From NCBI GenBank assembly GCA_031409955.1, contig JANNYF010000338.1, forward strand, positions 592-64,591: 64,000 nucleotides of DNA, written 5' to 3'. The DNA comes from Blastocatellia bacterium. GTDB lineage: Bacteria > Acidobacteriota > Blastocatellia > RBC074. The notes beneath the pieces are model-generated. The model was given only the letters and a program-made list of their open reading frames with translations, did not search any database and was not told where the DNA came from. The position numbers were made by a program, and so were the translations under genes. This document shows positions 30,173 to 41,336 of this stretch, piece after piece (positions within the stretch are counted from its first letter, which is position 1; each line of letters starts with the position of its first letter).

Positions 30173-30709
30173 ATGCGAATCCGCATTCGACTGGCGACGA
30201 TAGAGGAAGTGCCGGAATTAGAACGATTGATCGCCGCCTCTGTCCGCGCACTGAGCGTTGAATACTACTCGTCCGAGCAAATCGAAAGCGCGTTGGTTCA
30301 CGTCTTCGGCGTGGACACGCAACTCATCGCAGACGGCACATATTTCGCGGCGGAGCTTGACGGGCAGATCGTTGGTTGTGGCGGTTGGAGCAAGCGCAAG
30401 ACGCTCTTCGGCGGCGATCAGGCGAAAGTGGGCGCAGACAATTTGCTTGATCCGACAACAGAACCGGCCCGCATCCGAGCGTTTTTCATCCATCCCGATT
30501 TTGCGCGACGTGGTATTGGTAAGCTCATTATTGAAGCTTGCGAAACCGCCACCAAAAATGCGGGCTTTCGCCAACTTGAACTTGCCGCAACCTTGCCGGG
30601 CGAGCCGATGTATTTGGCAGTTGGCTATCAAGTGCTTGAGCGGTGGTCGCATCGGTTGGCGGATGGCGTGGAGTTGCCGCTGGCCCGCATGGGGAAAGAA
30701 TTGACCTAA
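30173..30709 (+). CDS. GNAT-family N-acetyltransferase
   Basis: The acetyl-CoA-binding motif RRGIGKLIIEACE and beta-alpha-beta topology. The start is 4 nt after the stop of the preceding gene. Confidence 0.7.
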   Translation: MRIRIRLATIEEVPELERLIAASVRALSVEYYSSEQIESALVHVFGVDTQLIADGTYFAAELDGQIVGCGGWSKRKTLFGGDQAKVGADNLLDPTTEPARIRAFFIHPDFARRGIGKLIIEACETATKNAGFRQLELAATLPGEPMYLAVGYQVLERWSHRLADGVELPLARMGKELT

Positions 30710-30752
30710 TCATTTCATAACTTGCGAAATACAAAACGAGAGAGGAATTCAA

Positions 30753-31745
30753 ATGAACAAGGTTCGCTGGGGCGTGTTGAGTACGTCCAATTTTGCCCAA
30801 ACCAAAGTGCTTCCGGCAATGCTCAAAGCGGAGCACACAGAACTCGTCGCGATTGCCTCGCGTGATCTGGCAAAGGCGCAGGCCGCTGCCGATAAATTTG
30901 GCTTGCCGAAAGCGTATGGTTCTTATGAGGAGCTGTTGGCTGACCCGGATATTGATGTGATTTACAACCCGATGCCAAATCATCAGCACGTGCCTTGGAC
31001 GATCAAGGCGCTTGAAGCGGGCAAGCATGTGCTGTGCGAAAAGCCGATTGGGTTGAGTTCTGCCGAAGCGCAATTGTTGCTGGATGCGTCGCGGCGTTTC
31101 CCCCACCTCAAAGTGATGGAAGCGTTTATGTATCGGCTCCATCCGCAGTGGATACGCGCCAAACAAATCGTGCAAGAAGGAGGCATCGGCGAACTGCGCA
31201 CGATGCAATCGTTCTTTTCGTACTTCAATCGCGACGGCAATAACATCCGCAACAAAGCAGACCTGGGCGGTGGCGGGCTGATGGATATTGGCTGCTACAA
31301 CATTTCGTTTTCGCGGTTTATCTTTGATGCCGAGCCGAAGCGGGTGCTGGGGCTGCTGGATTATGACCCGGAGTTTCAAACGGATCGCATTGCTTCAGGG
31401 ATGCTGGATTTTGGCAACGGCACCTCGACGTTCACTTGCTCGACACAACTGACTTCGTATCAACGCGCGAATATTTTCGGGATCGAAGGCCGCGTCGAAA
31501 TTGAAATCCCGGTGAATGCTCCGCCTGACAAACCGTGCCGCCTCTGGCATCAGCGCGGCACGAATATCGAAGAAATCTACTTTGACATTTGCGATCAATA
31601 CGTCCTTGAAACCGATGCCATCTCGCTGGCCGTGCTGAATAACACGCCGGTGCCGACGCCGCTCGAAGATGCGGTCGCCAATATGAAGGTCATCGAAGCC
31701 ATCGCCGAAAGCGGGCGCAGTGGCAGTTGGATTGCGATTGCCTGA
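30753..31745 (+). CDS. Gfo/Idh/MocA-family oxidoreductase
   Basis: N-terminal Rossmann VRWGVLSTSNFAQ, EHVLCEKP, and a C-terminal alpha/beta dimerisation domain. Confidence 0.8.
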   Translation: MNKVRWGVLSTSNFAQTKVLPAMLKAEHTELVAIASRDLAKAQAAADKFGLPKAYGSYEELLADPDIDVIYNPMPNHQHVPWTIKALEAGKHVLCEKPIGLSSAEAQLLLDASRRFPHLKVMEAFMYRLHPQWIRAKQIVQEGGIGELRTMQSFFSYFNRDGNNIRNKADLGGGGLMDIGCYNISFSRFIFDAEPKRVLGLLDYDPEFQTDRIASGMLDFGNGTSTFTCSTQLTSYQRANIFGIEGRVEIEIPVNAPPDKPCRLWHQRGTNIEEIYFDICDQYVLETDAISLAVLNNTPVPTPLEDAVANMKVIEAIAESGRSGSWIAIA

Positions 31746-31902
31746 TGCAGGGCGGGCAATTTTTTTCGGCAACTTGTGGAACCTTTGTTTTCTTAGGGCG
31801 TGAAGTGAGAGCAAGTAAGAGTTATGAGTTTAGATGAGTTTAGCAATCGTTGTTTTGTGTGAGGAACAACGATTGCTTGGTGAGATTCGCATTCGAGAAA
31901 CA

Positions 31903-31950
31903 CGGAAAGCTTGGCTGTTGTGAGGGCAGCCAAGCTTTTTGTGTTTTTGG
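31903..31950 (+). terminator. Candidate rho-independent terminator or structured RNA hairpin in the low-GC non-coding region
   Basis: aaagcttggctg ttgtgaggg cagccaagcttt followed by ttgtgttttt. It is preceded by a second hairpin (31843-31880) with a near-identical loop. Confidence 0.35.
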
Positions 31951-32316
31951 TTTCGATTACCCCACTACCAGTTCCACCAATCAACCCAAATTTTACGGAA
32001 ACCCTTTCGGCAGCAAATTGTCTGACAGATTTGTTGGCACACTCTTTCGGCTCCTTCATCTTCGTCGTAGCACTTCCAAATTTGTAGCTTTTAGATTTTT
32101 CACCCGAACCTCTCCCATTCTGATAACTAAAAGCAACCAACCAGTTTCTGGCCCAACGTCGGTTCCGACAAAAAAGTTGGTCTCTCCTTTGCTATTTCAT
32201 CCCGCGTCAACCTTGTCACAACAAGGATTGATGAAGACCTAAAGTTCGGTTGACGGCAACTTGAGGCGGCTGAATTAGGCTGCCGCCGTAATCACATAAG
32301 CTGGGAGAATTTAGCA

Positions 32317-33141
32317 ATGAAAGACTTTATACAGACTTGTAAACGGTTGGGATGGGGCGTCATTTTATTGAGTTTGCTGCTGTCGCAAGCTGCCGCGAAA
32401 AGCGCAAAGACGACCACGGTATTGCCGGGAGCTTGGTGCAGTCAGAGTGCGACATACGCGTTTTCGGGGGCACAGCAGAAACTGTTGCAAACCAAATTAC
32501 GTCGCATTACAGGTTGGGCGCAGTTAACGTTTGCGGACAATGGAAAGCTGGAGATCAGTGATCTGATGGCGATTAACGGAGGCTCACGCAGCGCGCGCGG
32601 GATGTTGCTGAAAGCCTTGCGATCCGGGAAACAATTCGTGATAGAAAACCATTCTTCGTCCGCCTCCGTGAGCTTTGGGCAACTTGATGAAGGCACCAAC
32701 TACACGGATGATCGAACGGGGTTGGCGTTGGAGATTTATCGCGTGCGGTTGGATTTTACTGACTTTGACAAAATGAGCGCTTCATCCGCCGTGAGAGAAT
32801 CGTTTGATGAGGGCTTCACCTTGCTGCACGAATTGCTGCACGGTCTGGGGCTGAAGGATACGCATATTCCCAACGAAATTGGCGAATGCGAAACGGTCGT
32901 CAACAAAATGCGCGCCGAGTTGGGCTTGCCCTTGCGCGATCAATATCTGGCGGATTTATTGCACGTGACGCCAATTATCAAAACCATCCGCTTGCGGTTT
33001 AGAGAGCAAACTTTAGATCGGCAAGGCATGGCTCGTTGGAAAACAGTTCATTTGTTTTTTACCCCTGATTTCTCTATCCCACAGGAACCTGCTGTGCTCT
33101 CGTCCAGCGCCAATGCGGCGGCCTGTCTCTCACTTTATTGA
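32317..33141 (+). CDS. Secreted hypothetical protein with an HExxH zinc-metallopeptidase-like motif
   Basis: Signal peptide, and LLHELLHGLGLKD (HExxH...G). No family was recognised. Confidence 0.45.
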   Translation: MKDFIQTCKRLGWGVILLSLLLSQAAAKSAKTTTVLPGAWCSQSATYAFSGAQQKLLQTKLRRITGWAQLTFADNGKLEISDLMAINGGSRSARGMLLKALRSGKQFVIENHSSSASVSFGQLDEGTNYTDDRTGLALEIYRVRLDFTDFDKMSASSAVRESFDEGFTLLHELLHGLGLKDTHIPNEIGECETVVNKMRAELGLPLRDQYLADLLHVTPIIKTIRLRFREQTLDRQGMARWKTVHLFFTPDFSIPQEPAVLSSSANAAACLSLY

Positions 33142-33653
33142 CGTTGTTTTTCCTTCATCAACTGGCGCGTTGTGTGTTCGATGACGCTATGCGGCGGTTC
33201 AATTTCAGCGGTTCTGACGGCGGGCGGAATCGCCGCGTGTGGTTGTGCTGTTGGCAAATAAACCAGTTGGGAAGGTTGCTGAATAGGCAACGCTTTTTTG
33301 GTCGCAGGCGTGTGGTCGTCACAGAAAAATTTCGCATACAGCATCCAACAAATCCCGGCGATGAACAGCGTGAAGGGCACGACTAACGGCGCGGGATTAT
33401 CCGGGATCGCGCAGAGCAGGGCGAAAAAGGGAAGCGAGATGAAGCTTGAAAATAGCAGTTTCGCTCCCCGCCGCCTCTCACGCTGTTTCAGCGTCGGCTC
33501 CGTCGGAGTTGGTGCAATTTGGTTGGGCAAGATTCCGTCATTCGTGAGTAGGTGCGTGACACCTTCCAAGCGAAGACCACAATTCGCGCAAAACCGGATG
33601 GCAGTGGAAGCGGGCTGTTGACCGCATCTGGGACAAAACATAATGAACCTCAC
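33135..33653 (-). CDS. Zinc-ribbon membrane protein (hypothetical)
   Basis: N-terminal CPRCG-x13-CANCG zinc ribbon followed by two transmembrane helices. Confidence 0.4.
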   Translation of the reverse strand: MRFIMFCPRCGQQPASTAIRFCANCGLRLEGVTHLLTNDGILPNQIAPTPTEPTLKQRERRRGAKLLFSSFISLPFFALLCAIPDNPAPLVVPFTLFIAGICWMLYAKFFCDDHTPATKKALPIQQPSQLVYLPTAQPHAAIPPAVRTAEIEPPHSVIEHTTRQLMKEKQRQ

Positions 33654-33717
33654 AAGTAAAAGATTTCGGGTGCTGCCCTTGCTACGAAAACTTAGTCGGC
33701 AAAGTTCGTGGATGATG

Positions 33718-34251
33718 TTATCGCTTTCTTCGCTTGATCGCCATTGCCGCGATCCCCATTACCAGCGCCGGAATCCACATCCAGATGATTTCCGTCAACA
33801 CGACCAGCGCGCCCCAACGCGAGAAGAACTGCCGCACACCGAGCGGTGAAACCTGAATCGGTCGCCACGGGAAAAAGTACCGTGTGTCGTCGAATGGCGC
33901 AAAGAATGCGACGCCCAAACCGCCATTCGTCAACGCATCAAACACGCCGTGCGAAGCGGTGCAGAGAAACAAAAACACCAGGCACGCGGGCTTGGAAGCG
34001 TCGTCTCGATTCTGCAAAAAAACTTGCACGAGAATGAAGCTCAGGATGGCTGCAAACAACAATGAATGCGTGAAGCCGCGATGCCCCAACATATCGCCGT
34101 AGGCGACGCCGAACGCAAAACTGACGACATCAAAATCCGGCACAATCGTACAAAACGCGCCGAGCCAAAGCATCACGCGTGGCACGCGCAACCGCTGAAA
34201 AATGGGCGCGAGACCGAGTGCAATAGCGGGGTGAGAAAAGATAGATGGCAT
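33718..34251 (-). CDS. Membrane-bound metal-dependent hydrolase, YdjM/DUF457-like
   Basis: MPSIFSHPAIALGL..., GHRGFTHSLLF, and a hydrophobic core. The start was set at the internal Met (ATG at 34251). Confidence 0.55.
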   Translation of the reverse strand: MPSIFSHPAIALGLAPIFQRLRVPRVMLWLGAFCTIVPDFDVVSFAFGVAYGDMLGHRGFTHSLLFAAILSFILVQVFLQNRDDASKPACLVFLFLCTASHGVFDALTNGGLGVAFFAPFDDTRYFFPWRPIQVSPLGVRQFFSRWGALVVLTEIIWMWIPALVMGIAAMAIKRRKR

Positions 34252-34518
34252 AGTAAATTCCCGATTCAGAAATCTGAAGTAAATTTGAAAATCCGGGCCA
34301 GATTGCTTGAAGGTCGTACAAGCGGTGTTATACCATTCTTGTGCCACAAGGTCTCGGTGGCAGTCCACAACGATTAGCACTTCAAGCATTTTTTATTCTC
34401 ATAATTCGGGCGTTTCTAGCTGTAACGACTAACAAAGCGATTGAGCTTCCTTCTGAGCCGTAGGCACTCTTAAGTTTCTAGCTAAACGATTCAGGTTATT
34501 TCACTCAGGAGGTTCACC

Positions 34519-37500
34519 ATGCATTATCGCTTGCTTACAGTTTTCGCGCTGGTTGCGATGTTGGGATTATCCCTTTCGTCGCTGGCGCAAACATCAACCA
34601 GCGGAGCTATTATCGGCACTGTGACGGATGCAACGGGCGCGGTCGTCGCCAATGCCGATATCGAGTTGACGAGTGTCGGTGCGAACCAAAGCACCAGACA
34701 GGTCACGAACGATGCCGGACAATACATCTTCCCTTCCATCTTGCCCGGCAATTACACCCTCGCGGTTATTGCCAGAGGCTTTCGCAAAGCCAATATCACG
34801 GACATCAAAGTGGACGTGGCGAAATCCTACACCTTCAACCTCACGCTGGAAGTCGGTGACGTGCAGCAAGTGGTCGAAGTCACGGCGGGCGTAGCCGCTG
34901 AATTGCAGAGCAGTGACTCCACCGTTGGCAACGTGATTCCCGGCAAGGTGATGCCGTTGCTCCCGGCCCTGACACGACAGGCCAACGAACTGATTCGTTA
35001 CCAACCCGCTACGACACCAGACGGAGCGGTGGCGGGCGCGCGCCAGGATCAAAGCACCTTCCTGCTGGATGGCATTGACGTGACGAACAATTCGGTTGGC
35101 GGCATCAACACCTTTATGCAGCTTCCGATTGATGGCGTCGAAGAGTTTCGCGCGGGCGTTTCCAATCCTACGGCCTCGTTCGGGCGTGGCGCAGGCGGAC
35201 AGGTTTCGGTTATCAGTCGGCGCGGCGGCAATCAGTTTCACGGGGCAACGTATTGGTATCACCAAAACGATGCGCTCAACGCGGCGACGTGGACGAACAA
35301 ACGCACGGTCGGACAAACCATCACCGATCCAAAGCTGCGGCACAAAACGCAAGAGCCGGAACTGAAGGATAATCGTTTCGGCTTCCGCGTTGGCGGCCCG
35401 ATTCTGCCGTGGAAAGACAAAGCGTTTTTCTTCCTGAACTATGAAGGACGCCGCTTCCCGCGCAACACCGAATTCACGCGATTGGTTCCGACCGACACGC
35501 TGAAGCAAGGCATTCTGCGCTTCCGCGATGCGTCTGGCACAGTGGTTTCGTATGCGATGGCAAACTCGGCACTGTGTGGCCCGAATGGCGATCAGGCGTG
35601 CGATCCGCGCGGCCTCGGTCTCAGCCCCACGATCACGGCGCTGTGGGCGAAGTTGCCAACGGGCAATGATCTCGGTCAGGGCGATGGCCTGAATACGGTG
35701 GGCTTTCGCGGCAACGTGGGCAACCCGTTGACCAACGATTATTACAATGCCCGTGTGGATTACAACATTACGGAAAAATGGCGCTTCGATGCAGCCTTCC
35801 GTTACTTCGGCGAAATCAACAACGGCGCAGGACTGATCTCTATCGAAGGCGGCAATGCGAAGAGCCTCGAAAAAACTCCCACGCGCCAGAATATGCTCAG
35901 CACGGGAGTGACCGGGCAACTGACCAGCAATCTGATCGGCGAGTTTCGCTTTGGCTGGGTCAGAAATCGCTCGAAGACAGACCGCCAACGCCCCAATCAA
36001 TCCGCCACGCAACTGGCTATTCCTGGCACGAGCACTGCGGCGGGGGCGATTGCACTGGACATCGGTGCACTGGGCGGCACACAGAGCTTGCTGTCCGAAC
36101 CGATTGATGTCGGCACACAGGCGGCGCGCGTACAAACCACTGACAACCGCATCTTTCAATACAACGCGGACATGACGTGGACAAAGCGTGGTCACACGAT
36201 GACCTTCGGCAGCCATATCCGTTTCCTGCCGACGGGGCACACGCGCGATGACAAAGTCGTCGGTTCGTTGGGGGCCTTAGTCGCGCAAATTGACTCTGAT
36301 CTGGGAGCCGGCGTGACGGTTGCCAATACCAACCGCCCGCGCACCTGTGGCAGCGGTATTACTACCAACTGTCTGGCTTCCGGCGATGTGCAACAGTGGA
36401 ATCGCCTCTTCGCCTCCTCGCTGGGGTTGGTTGATAATATCAACGTGCTGGCGGTGCGCGATGCGCAATTCAAGCCGCTGCCGTTTGGCGAAGTGCTGGT
36501 GGCAGAGACGAAGCTGTGGGCCCCGGAGTTTTACTTCCAGGACACGTGGCGTATGCGTCCGTCGCTGACACTGACCTGGGGTTTGAATTACGGTTGGCAA
36601 ACGCCGCCGAAAGAAAAGCTCGGTCGGCAAACTGTGCAGGTAGATGGCACGACGCTGCAAGTGCAAACGGCGCTTGATTACTTAAAACGCAAACAGGAAG
36701 CCGCCGCGCAAGGCCAAATCTTTAATCCGAAGATCGCCTTCCTGCCGGTGAACGATGCCAAGCGCGACGTCTTCGATATTGATTGGAATAATCTTTCCCC
36801 GCGTCTTGCCATGGCGTGGAATCCCAGTTCCAGCATTAAGTTTTTGAGCAAGGTCTTCGGGGAGCGCAAGACGGTGATTCGTGGCGGCTACAGCCTTGTG
36901 TTTGATCGGCAGAACACTGTGCAGAGCGTCATCATCCCGACGCTCGGCGTGGCGTTCGGACAGACGATCAACGTTACAGGACCGCTCTGCAACGCGACGG
37001 GAGCGGGCGGGCGCAACTGTACCGCTGCCAGCGCCAACAAAATCGCCAATGGATTCCGCGTCGGTGTGGACGGCTCGATTCCGCTGCCAGTCGTGCCGAC
37101 ACAAACCGTTCCGGTGTCGCCGTTCTGGGGCATTCGTCCTGGTGCGGTCGGGCCGCCGTATGCCGCCAGCGATCTCCAATTGTTCCCGGAAGTTTTGTCT
37201 TTTCAGGTTGACCCCAGCATCAAGGTGGGCGAGAACCACGCGTTTGACCTGACGTGGCAACGCGAATTGCCAGGACAGATGTTGCTCGAAGTCGGTTACA
37301 TCGGGCGCATCGCCAACAAGTTGCCGCAAAGCATGAGCTTCGGGCAGGTTCCGTATAACTTCCTCGACACAGCTTCACGCACGACCTTCGCGCAGGCGTT
37401 TGATGGGCTGGCGGCGCAGATTCGCGGCGGCACGGCGGCGGCCAATGTCACCGCGCAGCCTTGGTTTGAAAATCAGTTGCGCGGCACGCCGATTTGTGTG

Positions 37501-38508
37501 GGCACGGCTGCCAATGCCTGCACGGCAGGGCTGGCGGCGGCACAGGGTTCCAATATCACCAATGGAAACCTCAACGGGGTTTTCCTGACGATAGATCAAC
37601 AACGGTTGCGCGGCGGGCTTGCGCCTTTCAATAACTACCTCGCGCAAACGCTTTTCCTGCGTGCCAGCACGGGCAGCTCGAATTACAATGGGGCCTTCGT
37701 CACGTTGCAAAAACGGTTGTCGCAAGGCTCGTTGTACACGGTGAATTACACCTATTCGCGTTCGCTGGATCAACTGGGCGCGATTCAAAACGCGGCGAGC
37801 GTGATGGCGAACAACTTCGACCTGAACGCCGAATACGGCCCGTCGCCGTTTGATTTCACGCATCTGCTCAACGCGACAGGCTATTACGAATTGCCGTTCG
37901 GCAAAGGTAAGAAGTTTGGGATTAACAACACGTTCCTGGACAAAGTGTTCGGCGGTTGGTACACGTCGGGCATTTTCACAGCGCAAAGCGGTGCGCCGCT
38001 GACGGTGAACCAGGGCGCAGGCGTTTGGGGCGGCAGCTTGTTCCTGGGCTTCGCGTCAGGTGCAATTCCGACCACGGATCCGCTTGCGTTCAGCAACAGC
38101 GCCATCAGAGGCGTCACTGCTTCAGGCAACATCGGAGCCAACGGCAATGCGGCCAATCGCGGTTCGGAAATCAATATGTTCAGCAACCCGGAGCAGGTTT
38201 TCAACAGCTTCCGCCGTGTGAATGTTTCGACGGATGGTCGTGCCGGTCGTGCCAATCCGCTGCGTGGGATGCCGCGCTGGAACCTTGATTCGTCGTTTGG
38301 CAAGAAGACCAACATCGGTGGCGATAACGGTGTGAATATCACCTTCGCGTTCGATTTCTTCAACCTGTTCAACAAGGTGGATTTCGATAATCCCTCGCTC
38401 GATCTGACGAATCAGCGCGCCTTTGGCGTGATCACTGGGCAGTTCGTGCCGCCCAGCCGCATCGCGGGCAGCCGCTGGATTCAATTCGGCATGCGAGTTG
38501 AATTTTAA
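34519..38508 (+). CDS. TonB-dependent outer-membrane receptor with an N-terminal carboxypeptidase-regulatory-like domain
   Basis: Signal peptide; a CarboxypepD_reg-like fold (GAIIGTVTDATGAVVANADIELTSVGAN...TNDAGQYIF...LPGNYTLAVIARGFRKANI); a plug and beta-barrel region; and a C-terminal aromatic residue (...QFGMRVEF). It is 1329 aa. Confidence 0.8.
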   Translation: MHYRLLTVFALVAMLGLSLSSLAQTSTSGAIIGTVTDATGAVVANADIELTSVGANQSTRQVTNDAGQYIFPSILPGNYTLAVIARGFRKANITDIKVDVAKSYTFNLTLEVGDVQQVVEVTAGVAAELQSSDSTVGNVIPGKVMPLLPALTRQANELIRYQPATTPDGAVAGARQDQSTFLLDGIDVTNNSVGGINTFMQLPIDGVEEFRAGVSNPTASFGRGAGGQVSVISRRGGNQFHGATYWYHQNDALNAATWTNKRTVGQTITDPKLRHKTQEPELKDNRFGFRVGGPILPWKDKAFFFLNYEGRRFPRNTEFTRLVPTDTLKQGILRFRDASGTVVSYAMANSALCGPNGDQACDPRGLGLSPTITALWAKLPTGNDLGQGDGLNTVGFRGNVGNPLTNDYYNARVDYNITEKWRFDAAFRYFGEINNGAGLISIEGGNAKSLEKTPTRQNMLSTGVTGQLTSNLIGEFRFGWVRNRSKTDRQRPNQSATQLAIPGTSTAAGAIALDIGALGGTQSLLSEPIDVGTQAARVQTTDNRIFQYNADMTWTKRGHTMTFGSHIRFLPTGHTRDDKVVGSLGALVAQIDSDLGAGVTVANTNRPRTCGSGITTNCLASGDVQQWNRLFASSLGLVDNINVLAVRDAQFKPLPFGEVLVAETKLWAPEFYFQDTWRMRPSLTLTWGLNYGWQTPPKEKLGRQTVQVDGTTLQVQTALDYLKRKQEAAAQGQIFNPKIAFLPVNDAKRDVFDIDWNNLSPRLAMAWNPSSSIKFLSKVFGERKTVIRGGYSLVFDRQNTVQSVIIPTLGVAFGQTINVTGPLCNATGAGGRNCTAASANKIANGFRVGVDGSIPLPVVPTQTVPVSPFWGIRPGAVGPPYAASDLQLFPEVLSFQVDPSIKVGENHAFDLTWQRELPGQMLLEVGYIGRIANKLPQSMSFGQVPYNFLDTASRTTFAQAFDGLAAQIRGGTAAANVTAQPWFENQLRGTPICVGTAANACTAGLAAAQGSNITNGNLNGVFLTIDQQRLRGGLAPFNNYLAQTLFLRASTGSSNYNGAFVTLQKRLSQGSLYTVNYTYSRSLDQLGAIQNAASVMANNFDLNAEYGPSPFDFTHLLNATGYYELPFGKGKKFGINNTFLDKVFGGWYTSGIFTAQSGAPLTVNQGAGVWGGSLFLGFASGAIPTTDPLAFSNSAIRGVTASGNIGANGNAANRGSEINMFSNPEQVFNSFRRVNVSTDGRAGRANPLRGMPRWNLDSSFGKKTNIGGDNGVNITFAFDFFNLFNKVDFDNPSLDLTNQRAFGVITGQFVPPSRIAGSRWIQFGMRVEF

Positions 38509-38551
38509 GCTGACGAATGAGTTTTGGTTTGCAGGCGCTGCATTGAGCGAA

Positions 38552-38962
38552 TCAGTGCAGCGCTTTTTTGTGGCGGAAGAGTAGCTCCAAGCCACCCCCA
38601 CACGCCACTCCAACCGCATAACAAAGCAAATCGCTCCACAAAAATCCAAAGCCGAGAATCAATCCACCGATTCGCGTGTGTCGCAACGCCTCAATCCACG
38701 GCGCGTGATAAAGCTGGCTGCATTCGATTAGCAAAGCAAAGCCAAAAGCCAACCCCGCGACGCGCCCGGTCGAGAGTTTCGGCCACAAAAAACCAAGGCC
38801 CAGAAACGCGGTCAGCGCCCATAATGTATCGCCTGCATATTCTGCGATGAATTGTGGCAAGTGGGGCTGAACGACTTTCGCGCGTGATGCCAAGCCAAGC
38901 AAGATCACGGCGAGGATCAGCAACGCGTACACGAATCGTGATCTGGTTTGCATTGGATTCAT
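38552..38962 (-). CDS. Small polytopic membrane protein (DUF2809-like, tentative)
   Basis: Four predicted transmembrane helices. The start was set at the internal Met, and it overlaps the upstream gene's stop by 4 nt (ATGA). Confidence 0.4.
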   Translation of the reverse strand: MNPMQTRSRFVYALLILAVILLGLASRAKVVQPHLPQFIAEYAGDTLWALTAFLGLGFLWPKLSTGRVAGLAFGFALLIECSQLYHAPWIEALRHTRIGGLILGFGFLWSDLLCYAVGVACGGGLELLFRHKKALH

Positions 38963-39606
38963 TTCATCAAATGCTGGTCGTAACCGAGCGCCACCAGCGT
39001 TTCGTACGCCTGCCAAACCTCAGCGGGAATTTCCTGCGCAATCTGAAAGCCAAGGCTCGGATAAAATTTTATACGCTGCAAATCGCCGACCATAATGTTG
39101 ATGACTTTGTCTTTGGGCAGCCATTCGGTGGAATAGTCAGAGAAGGGAATGGGCGGCGAAGCGACGATCACGTTTTTCTCCGGCCAATGCTGGCGAAACG
39201 TAGCGAACGCGCGCCGCTCCATATACGGCTTTTGCACAAGAATGATGCTGATTGGGTCAATGCCGTGCGCCGCCAACACGCGCCGACTGAAAGCAATATT
39301 TTCGCCCGTGTTGGTAGATTCCGGTTCCAGCAAAATCACTTCGTCCGGCACGCCTTTTTGCCGCGCGATGGCGGCAAAGACTTCGGCTTCGGGTTTGGTG
39401 AATTGGTCTTTGGTCAACGCGCCGACGTTGCCCGAAAACATCAGCAGCGGCGCAAAACCCTGTAAATACAAGTCAGCGGCGTATTCCGCAACGCGCGTGT
39501 CATTGCTGCCGAGGGCGAGGAGGAGATCGGATGGTTTGAGTGTGTGGCTGAGATGGTGATAGTCCCAAATTGTTTGGGCGAGTTGGTCAATGAGAGGTGT
39601 ATTCAT
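38959..39606 (-). CDS. YdcF/DUF218-family protein (SanA/ElyC-like)
   Basis: LLALGSNDTRVAEYAADLY...MFSGNVG...ILLEPESTNTGENIAFS matches the DUF218 core. The start was set at MNTPLIDQ. Confidence 0.55.
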   Translation of the reverse strand: MNTPLIDQLAQTIWDYHHLSHTLKPSDLLLALGSNDTRVAEYAADLYLQGFAPLLMFSGNVGALTKDQFTKPEAEVFAAIARQKGVPDEVILLEPESTNTGENIAFSRRVLAAHGIDPISIILVQKPYMERRAFATFRQHWPEKNVIVASPPIPFSDYSTEWLPKDKVINIMVGDLQRIKFYPSLGFQIAQEIPAEVWQAYETLVALGYDQHLMK

Positions 39607-39713
39607 TCGGGTATCTGGAACAGTACCGCGAGCAGTAGCGAGCGTGTCCAGGTACAATAAGCTTGTGAAATTATCAAGTGCGCTCGTTACCACTCGCGGT
39701 ACTGTTCCGATGT

Positions 39714-41312
<1,599 letters not shown>

Positions 41313-41336
41313 TCAGCGGCTTCGCACGGATTTATT

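Noticed and set aside
31793-32242. ORFs of 115 aa (minus strand) and 130 aa (plus strand) in the low-GC intergenic stretch.
   Set aside because: They show no ribosome-binding site or recognisable fold, and they overlap each other and the two hairpins. The region is better explained as non-coding.
34594-36240. A 548-aa minus-strand ORF, plus other long antisense ORFs (45279-46673, 54327-55637, 55962-56876, 8657-9352, 2599-3342).
   Set aside because: All lie inside strongly supported genes on the opposite strand. They have Arg/Ala/His-rich composition typical of high-GC antisense frames and no domain signatures.
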